Source: an uncultured Candidatus Binatia bacterium
Lineage (GTDB): Bacteria > Desulfobacterota > Binatia > UBA9968 > CAXXLF01
Direction of reading: 5' to 3'
Assembly: GCA_965218425.1 (NCBI GenBank)
Contig: OZ244621.1
Span: 3,456,001 to 3,520,000, forward strand
DNA: 64,000 nucleotides
The translations under genes were made by a program, and so were the position numbers. Numbering within the stretch: the first letter of the stretch is position 1; each line of letters starts with the position of its first letter. The notes beneath the pieces were generated by a model. It was not told the origin of the DNA and searched no databases. It worked only from the letters and a program-made list of their open reading frames with translations. Shown piece by piece: positions 39,026-49,336 of the stretch.

Positions 39026-40129
39026 ATGACGCTGATCCTTAATAATGACGACATTGCCAGCGTGCTGACAATGGATATGACCATGAAGGCGTTGGAAAAG
39101 GCTTATATCGAACTGGCTCGAAAAGAAGCGGTTTGTCGGCCCCGGGTGGACATCCAGATCCCAACGAAGGACCCTGAAAAGATTTACCAATGGGGGACCA
39201 TGGAGGGGGGCTCTGTCTCTGGATACTTCGCTATCCGCATGAAGTCAGACATTATCCACGAACAGGAGTACAATGGCGCCCGCACGCAGGAAAAATATTG
39301 CGGTCGGCCAGGTAAGTTTTGTGGGCTGATTCTTTTGATCAATACCGAAAACGGTGAGCCCGTTGCCCTGATCAATGACGGTTACCTTCAACATATGCGG
39401 GTGGGTGCGGATTCGGGAATTGGCGTCAAATATATGGCAAGGGAAGGCTCCAGTGTGGTGGGTATGATCGGTTCGGGGGGGATGGCACGGTCGCACATGG
39501 AAGCCTTTTGCCTGGTGAGAGGCGTCAAGCGAGTTCAAGTTTACAGCCCCACCAAAAGGCATCGTGAGGAGTACGCAGAAGAGATCACTGAAAAGTATGG
39601 TGTGGAGGCGGTGGTCATGAGTAAGCCCGAGGATGTTTACCGCGGCGCGGATATCGTGGCGGGTTGCACGGACTCAACCGAACCCATCGTTATGGGGGAT
39701 TGGCTCGAAGCCGGGACCCACGTAACATGCGTCGGGGGAAGGCCGGATGAGGTTGCCGTTAAGAAAATTGATGTGACCCTTCGTTTTGGTAACGCTCCCG
39801 GTCCATGGGGCCTGCCGGATTTCGCCCTGGCCGACGAGTATCTAACCTATGCGGCGGTGCCCAATGAAAATGCTGGATTCCACATGAAGCGGGCCGGCAA
39901 GAGAGGTCATGGGGTGATCGCGGAGAATAAGGCTGTGTTTCTCGAAGAGATGCTGACAGGCAAGAAAAAAGGCCGGAGCTCCCCAAAACAGATCACCTAT
40001 TCCGAGAGGGGCAATATCCAAGGAGCCCAATTCTTTGCGGTGGCCGGTAAGGCCTACGAACTGGCAAAGGAGAAGGGATTGGGAAAGGAAATTCCCACGG
40101 ATTGGCTCTTGCAGGATATTAGGGACTGA
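39026..40129 (+). CDS. OCD/mu-crystallin family protein
   Basis: IRMKSD, NGEPVALIND..LQHMRVGA, GMIGSGGMA, GRSSPKQIT, GAQFFAVA. Confidence 0.92.
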   Translation: MTLILNNDDIASVLTMDMTMKALEKAYIELARKEAVCRPRVDIQIPTKDPEKIYQWGTMEGGSVSGYFAIRMKSDIIHEQEYNGARTQEKYCGRPGKFCGLILLINTENGEPVALINDGYLQHMRVGADSGIGVKYMAREGSSVVGMIGSGGMARSHMEAFCLVRGVKRVQVYSPTKRHREEYAEEITEKYGVEAVVMSKPEDVYRGADIVAGCTDSTEPIVMGDWLEAGTHVTCVGGRPDEVAVKKIDVTLRFGNAPGPWGLPDFALADEYLTYAAVPNENAGFHMKRAGKRGHGVIAENKAVFLEEMLTGKKKGRSSPKQITYSERGNIQGAQFFAVAGKAYELAKEKGLGKEIPTDWLLQDIRD

Positions 40130-40154
40130 GCCCGTGCAGGAGCTGCCGTCCCTT

Positions 40155-40193
40155 TCCCTCGACAAGCTCGGGATGGTGAGCAGCGTCGAACCA
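40155..40193. repeat. REP-like palindromic element
   Basis: TCGAC-AA-GCTC...GAGC-AGC-GTCGA nested inverted repeat, intergenic. Confidence 0.55.
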
Positions 40194-40294
40194 CGCTTCA
40201 GTGGAATATGCTCCATATTGACAGCATCCGTAACATCGAATACTTTTGATTGGGCATAGGCTGGCATTGGAATTCCAGGAACGAAATTAACGAG

Positions 40295-41608
40295 ATGGAT
40301 CTGCAAAACCTAATCCAGGAAGACCCCCAGAAGGGAGTCTTTCGGGTCCACCGGTCAGCCCTCACTTCCCAGGAGATCCTGGAACTGGAGCGTAAAAACA
40401 TCTTCGACCGGTGCTGGCTTTACCTGGGCCACGAATCCGAGATTGCAAACCCTGGAGACTTCCGCCGTCGCACGGTGGCGGGCCGGCCGCTTTTTTGGGT
40501 GCGGGGGAGCGACGGCAAGGTGCGGGTTTTTTACAACACCTGTACCCATTGGGGTGCCAATGTCTGTCGTGTGGACGAAGGGAACGCGGAACTCTTTCAG
40601 TGCTTCTACCATGCATGGACCTTTAACAATAAGGGTGAGCTCGTTAGCGTACCTGATGATCCGGGGTATGCGCAGGGATTTAATAAAGCGGAGATGGGTC
40701 TCGTGTCGCCCCCCAGATTAGAAAACTATCGCGGTCTCTACTTCGTTAGCTTTAATCCGGACGTGGCCGACCTTGCAAGTTACCTCGCAGGGGCAAAACA
40801 ATACCTGGATCTCATTCTGGATCAGTCTGACCAGGGCTGGCGGGTGGTTCCTGGAATCCAGAAGTATAGCGTTAGGGCCAATTGGAAGATGTTTTCCATC
40901 AACAGCCTGGACAGCTACCATGTGGAACCATTACACGTGACCTTTTTCCAATACACCCAAGGCCTGGGTTCCGGGGACCCCGTTCCACCAACGAGAGATT
41001 TTCCGGGACCCAATGGACGTTCTCTGGCCTTGGGAAACGGTCATGGCATTGACGTGCTTGTGGCCGGCCAGCGGGCGAGGCCCATCGCCCACTGGCACCC
41101 GATTCTTGGTGAGGAAACCAAAGAGGAAATCCGCAGCACGCGGGCGCGTTTGGTGGAACAATTCGGAGAAGATCGGGCCTATCTCATGTGCAATACCAAC
41201 CGTCTTTTTCTCATCTATCCCAATTTCGCCATGCACGATATTGCGGCCGTTAGCCTGCGCTACTTCGAGCCGGTGGGGCCTGACTACATGGAAGTGACGG
41301 TACAGACCTTGGCCCCGAAAAACGAATCCGCCGAGTTGTTAAACGGGCGGCTGGAAAATTTCCTTAGCTTCCTCGGCCCTGGCGGATTTGCGCATCCCGA
41401 TGACATCGAAGCAATGGAATCCGCCCAAGCCGGTTTTAGTGCCGGGGGGGCCCAATGGATTGACGCCTCTCGGGGAATGCACCGGGAAGCTACGGGCAAA
41501 GACGAAGTACACATTCGGTCCTTCTGGCGACAATGGCATGCAAATCTTTTAGGATCCCCAACGGCCAAGCGGGTTAAGGATCTGACAAGTTCCGAAGTTG
41601 GCCGTTGA
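40295..41608 (+). CDS. Aromatic ring-hydroxylating dioxygenase alpha subunit (benzoate/p-cumate class)
   Basis: WLYLGHESE, CTH...CFYH, NWK...DSYHVEPLH, FLGPGGFAHPDD. Confidence 0.93.
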   Translation: MDLQNLIQEDPQKGVFRVHRSALTSQEILELERKNIFDRCWLYLGHESEIANPGDFRRRTVAGRPLFWVRGSDGKVRVFYNTCTHWGANVCRVDEGNAELFQCFYHAWTFNNKGELVSVPDDPGYAQGFNKAEMGLVSPPRLENYRGLYFVSFNPDVADLASYLAGAKQYLDLILDQSDQGWRVVPGIQKYSVRANWKMFSINSLDSYHVEPLHVTFFQYTQGLGSGDPVPPTRDFPGPNGRSLALGNGHGIDVLVAGQRARPIAHWHPILGEETKEEIRSTRARLVEQFGEDRAYLMCNTNRLFLIYPNFAMHDIAAVSLRYFEPVGPDYMEVTVQTLAPKNESAELLNGRLENFLSFLGPGGFAHPDDIEAMESAQAGFSAGGAQWIDASRGMHREATGKDEVHIRSFWRQWHANLLGSPTAKRVKDLTSSEVGR

Positions 41609-41621
41609 TCATGGGGTTAAG

Positions 41622-42143
41622 GTGAGCTCGAAATTGACCTCCAACAACGATTCCCAGCTCGCTGAGCTATTGTTGCACCGGGAGGTGGAAAGCTTCCTGT
41701 TCGAAGAGGCCGAATTACTAGATCAGTGGCGGCTGGAGGATTGGCTCACGTTGTTTTCAGAGGACGCCAGGTATCTTGTACCCGCCACCGATACCCCGAG
41801 AGCGGATCCACGTAAGACCCTGGGACTGATCAGCGACGATATGGCGCGGCTTCGCTCGCGGGTGGAGCGTCTTAAGAGCCGGCATGCCCATCGAGAGTTC
41901 CCCTGGTCCCGTACCCGGCGCCTCCTTACCAACGTGCGCATCATCAAATGCGTTGGGAATGAGATCCACGTGACATCCTCGTTTTCGGTTTACCGAATTC
42001 GTAGCGGGCAGGTGGACCCGCTCATTGGCTCCTACGAGTACACCTTGAGACGCATCGAAGGATCGCTGAAAATTGTTTTTCGTAAGGCAATGCTTGACCT
42101 GGAGGCCCTGCGTCCCCATGGAACCATCAGTATTATTTTGTGA
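41622..42143 (+). CDS. Aromatic ring-hydroxylating dioxygenase beta subunit
   Basis: FLFEEAELLD..WL, YLVP, R..RL, PWSRTRRLLTNV; start uncertain (41598 or 41622). Confidence 0.93.
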   Translation: MSSKLTSNNDSQLAELLLHREVESFLFEEAELLDQWRLEDWLTLFSEDARYLVPATDTPRADPRKTLGLISDDMARLRSRVERLKSRHAHREFPWSRTRRLLTNVRIIKCVGNEIHVTSSFSVYRIRSGQVDPLIGSYEYTLRRIEGSLKIVFRKAMLDLEALRPHGTISIIL

Positions 42144-42158
42144 TAGGAGGCACCGGCC

Positions 42159-43340
42159 ATGATCACCAGAGAAGAAAATGAAATGTTGACAAGAGTTGGT
42201 CCGGGAACTCCTGCCGGAGAGCTGTTGAGACGCTACTGGCAACCCGTTGCCATTGCCCAGGAGCTTACCGAGGAAAACCCCACTAAATTCGTAAGAATTC
42301 TTTGCGAGAACCTCGTCCTCTTTCGTGACAAGACAGGAAGGGTGGGGCTCATTGAAGACCGTTGCGCTCATCGGGGGGCTTCACTGGTTTACGGGAGAGT
42401 AGAAGAGAGGGGCATCGCCTGCGCCTATCATGGTTGGCTTTACGATGTGAATGGCAATTGCCTGGAGACGCCACCGGAGCCTGCACAGAGCAAGTTCAGG
42501 CTTACGGTGAACCCAAAGGCCTATCCGGTGCAAAAACACGTTGGGTTGTATTGGGCCTACATGGGACCGGCCCCGGCTCCGGTGATTCCAAGATACGATG
42601 TTTGGGCGCGCAAAGACGGCACCCACTGGCTCCGCGTGCTCCCGCGCCTTGACTGCAACTGGTTCCAGGCAATGGAGAACTCCGTTGATACGTCCCACCT
42701 CCATGTCCTGCACGCAAACTTCCTTAGTGGCGGTAAAGTGATCAGCAATACAACCAGGGGCTCACTGGATGATCTAGTAAAGTTCGAGTGCTCTGAACTA
42801 CCCTACGGTATCATGAAGACACGAACCTTTACCGACGGAGAGGTCGAGGAGCATCCCTTGATCTTTCCCAACATCCTCAGGCAATCCAATCGGACTCAGA
42901 TTAGAATCCCCATAGACGATACCCGCACGTGGGTCATCTATGTCCATTTCGTCCCAAGCGATGATGGGAGCATTGTGGAAGAGGAAGAGGGGCTTGCCAT
43001 TGAGTACAAGGGCCCCTTCAAAGAACCCGCGGATCAACTGCACCCCTTTGCCAGTTATACGATGCGGGACGTGGACGCCCAGGACTTTATGGCCTGGGAA
43101 ACCCAGGGCCCCATCACCGACCGGACCGGCGAGCATCTGGCCACCTCCGACCGAGGTGTCTCCATGTTGAGAGAGATGTTCAAAAGAGAAGTTGGCAGGA
43201 TGCGGCAGGGCATGGATCCCATGAACGTGATCAGGGATCCGAACCATGCCATCATCGACACGCGGCTCGATCAATCCATGGAAGGTCAAAGGGCAGGGTC
43301 AGCCGCCTATCATATCCCCGAAGACAGGGTGAAGCTGTAG
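42159..43340 (+). CDS. Rieske oxygenase alpha subunit (phthalate 4,5-dioxygenase-like)
   Basis: CAH...CAYH; ENSVDTSHLHVLH; QD.MAWETQG. Confidence 0.95.
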   Translation: MITREENEMLTRVGPGTPAGELLRRYWQPVAIAQELTEENPTKFVRILCENLVLFRDKTGRVGLIEDRCAHRGASLVYGRVEERGIACAYHGWLYDVNGNCLETPPEPAQSKFRLTVNPKAYPVQKHVGLYWAYMGPAPAPVIPRYDVWARKDGTHWLRVLPRLDCNWFQAMENSVDTSHLHVLHANFLSGGKVISNTTRGSLDDLVKFECSELPYGIMKTRTFTDGEVEEHPLIFPNILRQSNRTQIRIPIDDTRTWVIYVHFVPSDDGSIVEEEEGLAIEYKGPFKEPADQLHPFASYTMRDVDAQDFMAWETQGPITDRTGEHLATSDRGVSMLREMFKREVGRMRQGMDPMNVIRDPNHAIIDTRLDQSMEGQRAGSAAYHIPEDRVKL

Positions 43341-43536
43341 CCGTAATTCACACACTCGGTTGCCGGAAAAAGCCCTACACATTTTAAGTCCAATAAGTTG
43401 ATGGGTGAGAATAGAGCTACCGAGTCTGATCGTTTTGCTCTGGGGGCGAGGAAGAATGACTATCGGTCTTGCGCCCTTCAATGTATTTGGCCGGCACGGG
43501 TCTCAAAAATCCAATGAAGTTCAACTTCATCACTTA

Positions 43537-44626
43537 TTGATCCTCGTATAATATAATGACATCAGAAAAGGCTGGACTGTTTCCAGAAGGCGGTAACGAG
43601 ACGAGGCCTGCGGCGCATTCGGCAAAGGGCCCGACGAGCATGGTGGCTGAGTTGAGCGAAGTCCTTGGCACAGAAGTTGGGCAGTTCATGATGCTTCCAG
43701 TATCCCCAGAGGTATTCGACGGGATTCAGTTCCGGTGCATAGGCCGGCAACCGTTCCAGCACCAACGCGCCTTCGGTAGCGGCAACAAAGTCCCGAACCA
43801 ACCGGCTCTGGTGGCTGGGCAGTCCGTCCCACACTACCAGCAGCGGCCCGGAAACATGACGCATCAAGTGCTTCAGGAATTCGATGATCTGGGGGCTCTT
43901 GATGGCTCCCGGATACACTCGAAAGTACAAGCGCCACCAGGTGACTCCGGCGATGGCCGACAGACTCTTCCAGTTGAAGTGATATTGCAGCACTGGCGTC
44001 TGTCCTCGGGGCGACCACGTACGATACCGATTCGGCCGCTCGCTCAGCCCGCTTTCGTCCACGAACACTATGGTTCGCCCCTCGTTTCGGGCTTTTTTTT
44101 AATCTCCGGCCAGCGCTTCTTCTTCCACTGCCGGATCGCCTCTTCATCTCGTTCCAAGGCACGTCCCGTCGGCCGCTGGCAACTCCACCCCAACTGCCGC
44201 AATATCCGCCAAACATGGCCCGGATGGTATGTGACTCCGCAGGCTTCCCCAATCAAGTGGGCCACTCGCCTTGCGGTCCACAGGCTCGTGTCGTACCCCA
44301 GCGCTTCGGGTCCCCGTTTCAAACCGCCCTCGATCTTCTTCAGATCCGCCGGGCTCAGTCGCGGCTTGCGTCCGGCACGCCCCGCCTGCTTGAGCCCGGC
44401 TCTGCCGCTCTCGGCCAACTGCCGCGCCCATCGATTCACCGACTGGCGGTGCACTCCCACCCAACGCGCCACCTCCGCCTCCGACAGCCCTCGCTTCAAC
44501 AGCCTCCCCGCCTCCATCCACCGCCGCTCCAATGCTTCAAAGTCCCGTCGCACTCCAAGTGGGTTTCCCATACCACCACTATACATTAAGTTCTTATCCA
44601 ATGTCATTATATTATGCGGCTCTCCA
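43537..44626 (-). mobile_element. IS630-family insertion sequence, 1090 bp, TA target duplication
   Basis: 26-bp imperfect terminal IRs sharing ATAATATAATGACAT; TA at 43535-43536 and 44627-44628. Confidence 0.9.
43562..44571 (-). CDS. IS630 transposase (HTH ORF plus DDE ORF joined by a -1 frameshift)
   Basis: HTH/winged-helix ORF; A8G slippery run at 44092-44100; VFVDES, VVWD, LPAYAPELNPVEYLW. Confidence 0.93.
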
Positions 44627-44851
44627 TAAGGAGCCATTGCGATAAAACATCTTGGACGGATCAATGTGAAAGTTTGCCATGTATCGGACACAGCTTGGCC
44701 CAGGCGCTGTAAGGCTATAAGAAGGCTCAGCGAGGAGTGAGTCCATTATCGACTGAACTACAAAGGGCACTACGTCAAGCTTTCAACTGAGGTTGTGACG
44801 TTCCTGAAAACATTGTTGACCCGTGCTCGTGGATTCATAGAAAGGCAAATT

Positions 44852-46279
44852 ATGGCGGATCAAAGCTCTCCAACCGGTATGATTATTGAGGAAGCCACCA
44901 TCCAGGAATTCAAAGCAAACCAGCGGGGTGGAGTAATCCATCCTGGCCATTCGGAGTACGATGCCGCGCGGCGGGTGTGGAATGGCATGATCGATAAGCG
45001 GCCCGCGCTCATAGCTCGTTGTGCCGGCGTGGCCGATGTGATGAACGCGGTGAACTTCGCCCGCGCGCACAATCTGCTTGTCGCGGTGCGGTGCGGAGGA
45101 CACCATCCCGCCGGATATGGGGTCTGTGACGGTGGTCTCGTCATTGATCTGAGACCGATGAAGGGGATGCGGGTCGATCCCGTCAAGCGAACGGTTCATG
45201 CCCAAGGAGGGCTCTTCTGGCGGGAATTTGACCGTGAGGCGGCGGCCTTCGGCCTAGCGACTCCGGGGGGAAATGTCTCCGACACGGGTATCGGCGGACT
45301 GACTGTTGGGGGCGGCATCGGACATATAAGCCGCAAATACGGCCTCACCTGCGACAATCTCTTGTCGGCGGACGTGGTCGCTGCCGACGGCCAGTTTCTC
45401 ACAGCTAACGCTCATCAAAACGAGGATCTGTTTTGGGGCGTTCGGGGTGGTGGGGGGAATTTCGGAATTATCACTTCCTTCGAGTACCGGCTTCACCCTG
45501 TCGCCCGGGTGCTGAGGGGTTGGGTCGGCTATTTCCTGGATCAAGCCAAAGCCTACCTCAAGTTCCTCCGCGAGTACGTTGTGACGGTCCCGGACGGTCT
45601 TGGCCTCAGCATCTTTTTTGTGACCCCACAGCCCGGATCCTACCTGCCGCAATCTGTTCATGGGAAGATCATCATGGCTGCTGTGGTCTGCTTCACCGGC
45701 CCAATGGACGAAGGCGAAAGAGTCCTGAAGCCGCTCAGGACTTTTGGCTCGCCTGCTTGCGACACGGTCACTCCAGCCCCGTATCTGGTGCTCCAGGGTT
45801 CCGTGGATCCTTTGATGCAGGCGAGTCTCAGCTACGAAAAATCGGTCTATCTGAAAGAACTGAGCGACGATGCCATCGAGGTGTTGGTTGACCAGGCAGC
45901 CGCCATGACATCGCCGTGGTCTCATCTACATTTCGTGCTCATGGGCGGCGCGATCAGCCGTGTCGCGGACGACGAAACCGCGGTCTGCCACCGGCAGGCC
46001 GCATACGATTGCTACATCCTCCCGCACTGGAAGAATCGTGAGGAGTCAGGCCGACATATCGAATGGGCGCGCGCGACCTGGTCGGCACTACAGCCGTTCT
46101 CAGCAGGCGGCGGATATCTGAACCGGCACGTAAGCGAGGACGAGGGGGAAGTCAGGGCCGTGTACGGCCCCGCAAAGTACGAGCGGTTAGTTGCGCTCAA
46201 GAACAAATATGATCCAACGAATTTATTTCGCGTGAACCACAACATCAGGCCGTCGGTACGGGACGTGGGAGGCGGGTAA
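44852..46279 (+). CDS. FAD-linked oxidase, VAO/berberine-bridge family (6-hydroxy-D-nicotine oxidase-like)
   Basis: VRCGGH covalent-FAD His motif, DLFWGVRGGGGNFG, C-terminal YDPTNLF BBE domain. Confidence 0.93.
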   Translation: MADQSSPTGMIIEEATIQEFKANQRGGVIHPGHSEYDAARRVWNGMIDKRPALIARCAGVADVMNAVNFARAHNLLVAVRCGGHHPAGYGVCDGGLVIDLRPMKGMRVDPVKRTVHAQGGLFWREFDREAAAFGLATPGGNVSDTGIGGLTVGGGIGHISRKYGLTCDNLLSADVVAADGQFLTANAHQNEDLFWGVRGGGGNFGIITSFEYRLHPVARVLRGWVGYFLDQAKAYLKFLREYVVTVPDGLGLSIFFVTPQPGSYLPQSVHGKIIMAAVVCFTGPMDEGERVLKPLRTFGSPACDTVTPAPYLVLQGSVDPLMQASLSYEKSVYLKELSDDAIEVLVDQAAAMTSPWSHLHFVLMGGAISRVADDETAVCHRQAAYDCYILPHWKNREESGRHIEWARATWSALQPFSAGGGYLNRHVSEDEGEVRAVYGPAKYERLVALKNKYDPTNLFRVNHNIRPSVRDVGGG

Positions 46280-46394
46280 TTATGACAACCTACGTGAACG
46301 GACTCCAAGGATGTATATATTGCCAGTTTGTTGACAGAAAGGTTTGATTTACATATCGTGTCAGTCAATCTTCCCATTCATTCCAGGAGGACCC

Positions 46395-46675
46395 TTGATG
46401 TAAATTATAGATGCGGACCGCGCACGTCGAGGAATCGGTCCATCCCTGGGAGCATCTCGATCCCATCGCAGGAACTGACAAGCCTGCCGTCGCGGCTTTC
46501 GGATCTAGATCTTTTCGGCATGCCAGGGCAGCGGCGGGCGGTCTCACAGACACGTGAACGCTCCCCGAAAGGAATTCCCAATTCCCCCGGGACGGTTTAC
46601 GCGGCCAGAGAACACTGCAAACTGCGCTCTCTACCTTGCGTCTGACGACGCAAGCTATGTTACGGGGTCAGGTGT
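46395..46675 (+). pseudogene. Degraded 3' remnant of an SDR gene
   Basis: IPPGRFTRPENTANCALYLASDDASYVTG resembles an SDR C-terminus; upstream ...IPGSI in another frame. Confidence 0.6.
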
Positions 46676-46961
46676 TTGTCGTGGTATGGTGGGAATTCGG
46701 TACGATGAGTCCCTGTGTCCCCGGCTAAGGCGGATCGTATCTCATCGAAGGCGTTGTTAGATAAAATTCAAACGCGGAAGAAGACATATGACCGCGGGGA
46801 TGGTGAAGCAGAGGAGGGACTGATTCAGGCGCAAATATTCGGGTCAGCGTCGTCTGTGGTTCCTGGAGCGGCAACCCGTTCACGAACCATATCCGAGCGC
46901 CCTTGCTCGAGCTGATTGAGGCAGACTTTATGGGGGGTTTCGAGAAGGAGGCAAATCTCGT

Positions 46962-48044
46962 ATGGTCATAGATTCAGACGCCCACGTCGAAGAGTGCGTT
47001 GATACTTGGAGCTACCTCGACCCCGAGTTCTATCCGTTGCGTCCCATTCCGGTGGTGTTCCCGCAGGACACCTGTTTCGGCGAACGGAACGCCGCCTGGG
47101 TGATCGATTACAAGCTTCGCCACTTCGCCGCCACACCGGCCATGTCCAGACAATCGCACGAAAAAGGGGTGTCGATCCCGGTACAGGAGATGAAGGATGT
47201 GAGCCAGAGGCTTGCATGCATGGACGAGCTGGGCATCGACCTGCAGGTAGTGTTCCCGTCCGCGTGGTTGGGGTGTCTCGCGGAGAACGTGGAGCTGGAG
47301 GCGGCTCTGGCGCATAGCTACAATCAGTTCATGGCCGCGCAGTGCAAGCAGTCGGCGGGTCGGCTGCACTACATCGCCGTGGTGGCGTGGCGCCGTCCGG
47401 ACCTTGCGGTTCGGGAGATCCGGTGGGCGAAGGAGCACGGATGTGTGGTGGGGATCTTTGCGCGCGGTCTCGAATGGGACATGCCGCTCAGCCACCCATC
47501 CCTGCCGCCTATTTTTCAGGAAGCTGAAGGAATGGATTTACCCATCGCGGTGCATGTGGGCAACGGATCGAGCCCAACTATAAGCCGTATGTTCGAAGGG
47601 ATCCCGAGGCCCCACGGTGGCTCCTTTCCACATCCATTGGGAAGCGGGTTGATCAGTGCCCCTTATGTGCTCCACGCCTTCCAGCAGATCCTGGGATCGG
47701 GGCTACTGGATGAGTTTCCTAAACTGCGCGTGGGGTTTTTAGAGGCCGGGGCGGATTGGACGGTTCGTCTGGTCAAGGGGTTACGCGAACGCAAGGGCGC
47801 GAAAGTCGACGAATGGCTTGGTGAGCGGGTCTTCGTCTCGTGCAGGCTCGACGACGAGTTGCCATTTATCATCAGCAAATTAGGGGATGATTTTCTGATC
47901 ACGGCCACCGATTTTCCCCACGGAGACGCGAACCGGCAGGATCGTCTGGCCGACGGATTGCATGCACGGGGCGATCTCGGACAGGGGGTCGTGGAAAAGA
48001 TACTGTCCGACAACCCTCAGCGCCTGTGGGGCACCGGAAGATAA
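46962..48044 (+). CDS. Amidohydrolase_2 family, tandem copy 1
   Basis: DSDAH, AVHVG, FLEAG, TDFPH. Confidence 0.92.
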   Translation: MVIDSDAHVEECVDTWSYLDPEFYPLRPIPVVFPQDTCFGERNAAWVIDYKLRHFAATPAMSRQSHEKGVSIPVQEMKDVSQRLACMDELGIDLQVVFPSAWLGCLAENVELEAALAHSYNQFMAAQCKQSAGRLHYIAVVAWRRPDLAVREIRWAKEHGCVVGIFARGLEWDMPLSHPSLPPIFQEAEGMDLPIAVHVGNGSSPTISRMFEGIPRPHGGSFPHPLGSGLISAPYVLHAFQQILGSGLLDEFPKLRVGFLEAGADWTVRLVKGLRERKGAKVDEWLGERVFVSCRLDDELPFIISKLGDDFLITATDFPHGDANRQDRLADGLHARGDLGQGVVEKILSDNPQRLWGTGR

Positions 48045-48117
48045 GAAGTGATTCCTATGGAGGAATCAGTTCATGGGTTCATTCAAGGCCAAGGGGGGCC
48101 ATAGTCATGAGGAAATC

Positions 48118-49212
48118 ATGGACGTAATCGATGCCGACGCACATGTGATGGAGTCGTCTCAAACCTGGCAGTATCTACAGCCGGAGTTTAACTCCAGGCG
48201 GCCCATTCCAGTGACGGTGCCCACGGATACCTCCTTCGAATGGAACAATGCCTTTTGGGTTATCGATCAGAAGATACGCCACGTGGGTGCAACCCCCACG
48301 ACGGCAAAGCGCGCGGAGACCAAAGGAGTTGAGGTCCCGTCACAGGAGATCACGGACGTGCACGCGAGGTTGACCGATCTCGACCGATTCGGTATCAAGA
48401 AGCAGGTGATTTACCCTACCATCTGGATGGCCTGTCTCGCCGAAGATCCGGAGCTGGAGATTGCTCTGGCGCGTAGTTACAACGAGTTCCTGTCACGGCA
48501 GTGCAGCCAATCGGGTGGCAGGTTGTGGTACGCGGCGGTGATCCCGTTTCGTTGTCCCGACATGGCCGTGGACGAGATCCGCCGGGTAACCCGATTGGAC
48601 GGGGCCGTGGGGATATTCGCCCGAGGGTTGGAATGGGATAGGCCCCTGAGCCATCCCTCATTTCATCCCATCTTCGAGGAGGCCGAGCGACAGGATCTAG
48701 CCATCACGGTTCACATCGGTCGCGGCAGCCCGACCCTCAACGCCATGTTTGAAGGAATTCCTAGGTTACCCGGGGAACCCTCGCATCTGCCTCCGAGATC
48801 CTCCAAGCTGGTGAGTTCCCTCACCTGCCAGTATGGTTTTTACAGCATCCTGGAGTCTGGTCTCATGGATGAGTTTCCCGGTCTTCGATGCGTCTTTCTG
48901 GAAGCTGGGTCAGAATGGATGGTGCCTGCCCTGTCAACCTTGGGCCGTGGTGGGAAAGGCCATCTACGGAGACTCTTTGACGAAGGGCGTATCTTTGCGT
49001 CCTGCGAACCCGATGAGGATCTTACGTACCTTGCCGGCAAGCTCGGGGATGGATGCTTTGTGGCGGCCAGCGATATTCCTCACGGGGACCCGGCGCGACA
49101 TGAACTTGTGGAGGAGGTGTTTCGTGGACGAGGAGACCTCTCGGAGGGTTTCCTGGAAAAATTACTATGGAAGAATCCAGCGATGCTGTACCGGAGAATG
49201 GGGGAGAGTTAA
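48118..49212 (+). CDS. Amidohydrolase_2 family, tandem copy 2
   Basis: DADAH, TVHIG, FLEAG, SDIPH; alternative start at 48073. Confidence 0.9.
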   Translation: MDVIDADAHVMESSQTWQYLQPEFNSRRPIPVTVPTDTSFEWNNAFWVIDQKIRHVGATPTTAKRAETKGVEVPSQEITDVHARLTDLDRFGIKKQVIYPTIWMACLAEDPELEIALARSYNEFLSRQCSQSGGRLWYAAVIPFRCPDMAVDEIRRVTRLDGAVGIFARGLEWDRPLSHPSFHPIFEEAERQDLAITVHIGRGSPTLNAMFEGIPRLPGEPSHLPPRSSKLVSSLTCQYGFYSILESGLMDEFPGLRCVFLEAGSEWMVPALSTLGRGGKGHLRRLFDEGRIFASCEPDEDLTYLAGKLGDGCFVAASDIPHGDPARHELVEEVFRGRGDLSEGFLEKLLWKNPAMLYRRMGES

Positions 49213-49336
49213 TGGTTTGCTGGATACCTCCATCAATGGCCAGAAGAAGAATTGAGGAGCACGGAGGTGGTTCTTATCTACCTGGGCGAGACGGCGGAGT
49301 CCTGTTCCGGTATTTGGGACGCGAAAAGAGCAGGCC

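Noticed and set aside
38668..39190. Minus-strand ORFs of 138 and 125 aa
   Set aside because: Antisense to the Sec-AhpD gene, heptamer tract and OCD start; low-complexity translation
43556..44629. 357-aa plus-strand ORF spanning the IS
   Set aside because: Antisense shadow of the GC-rich transposase with no recognisable domain
43456..44712. Short ORF (about 54 codons) recreated by removing the IS
   Set aside because: No recognisable homology; a length expected by chance
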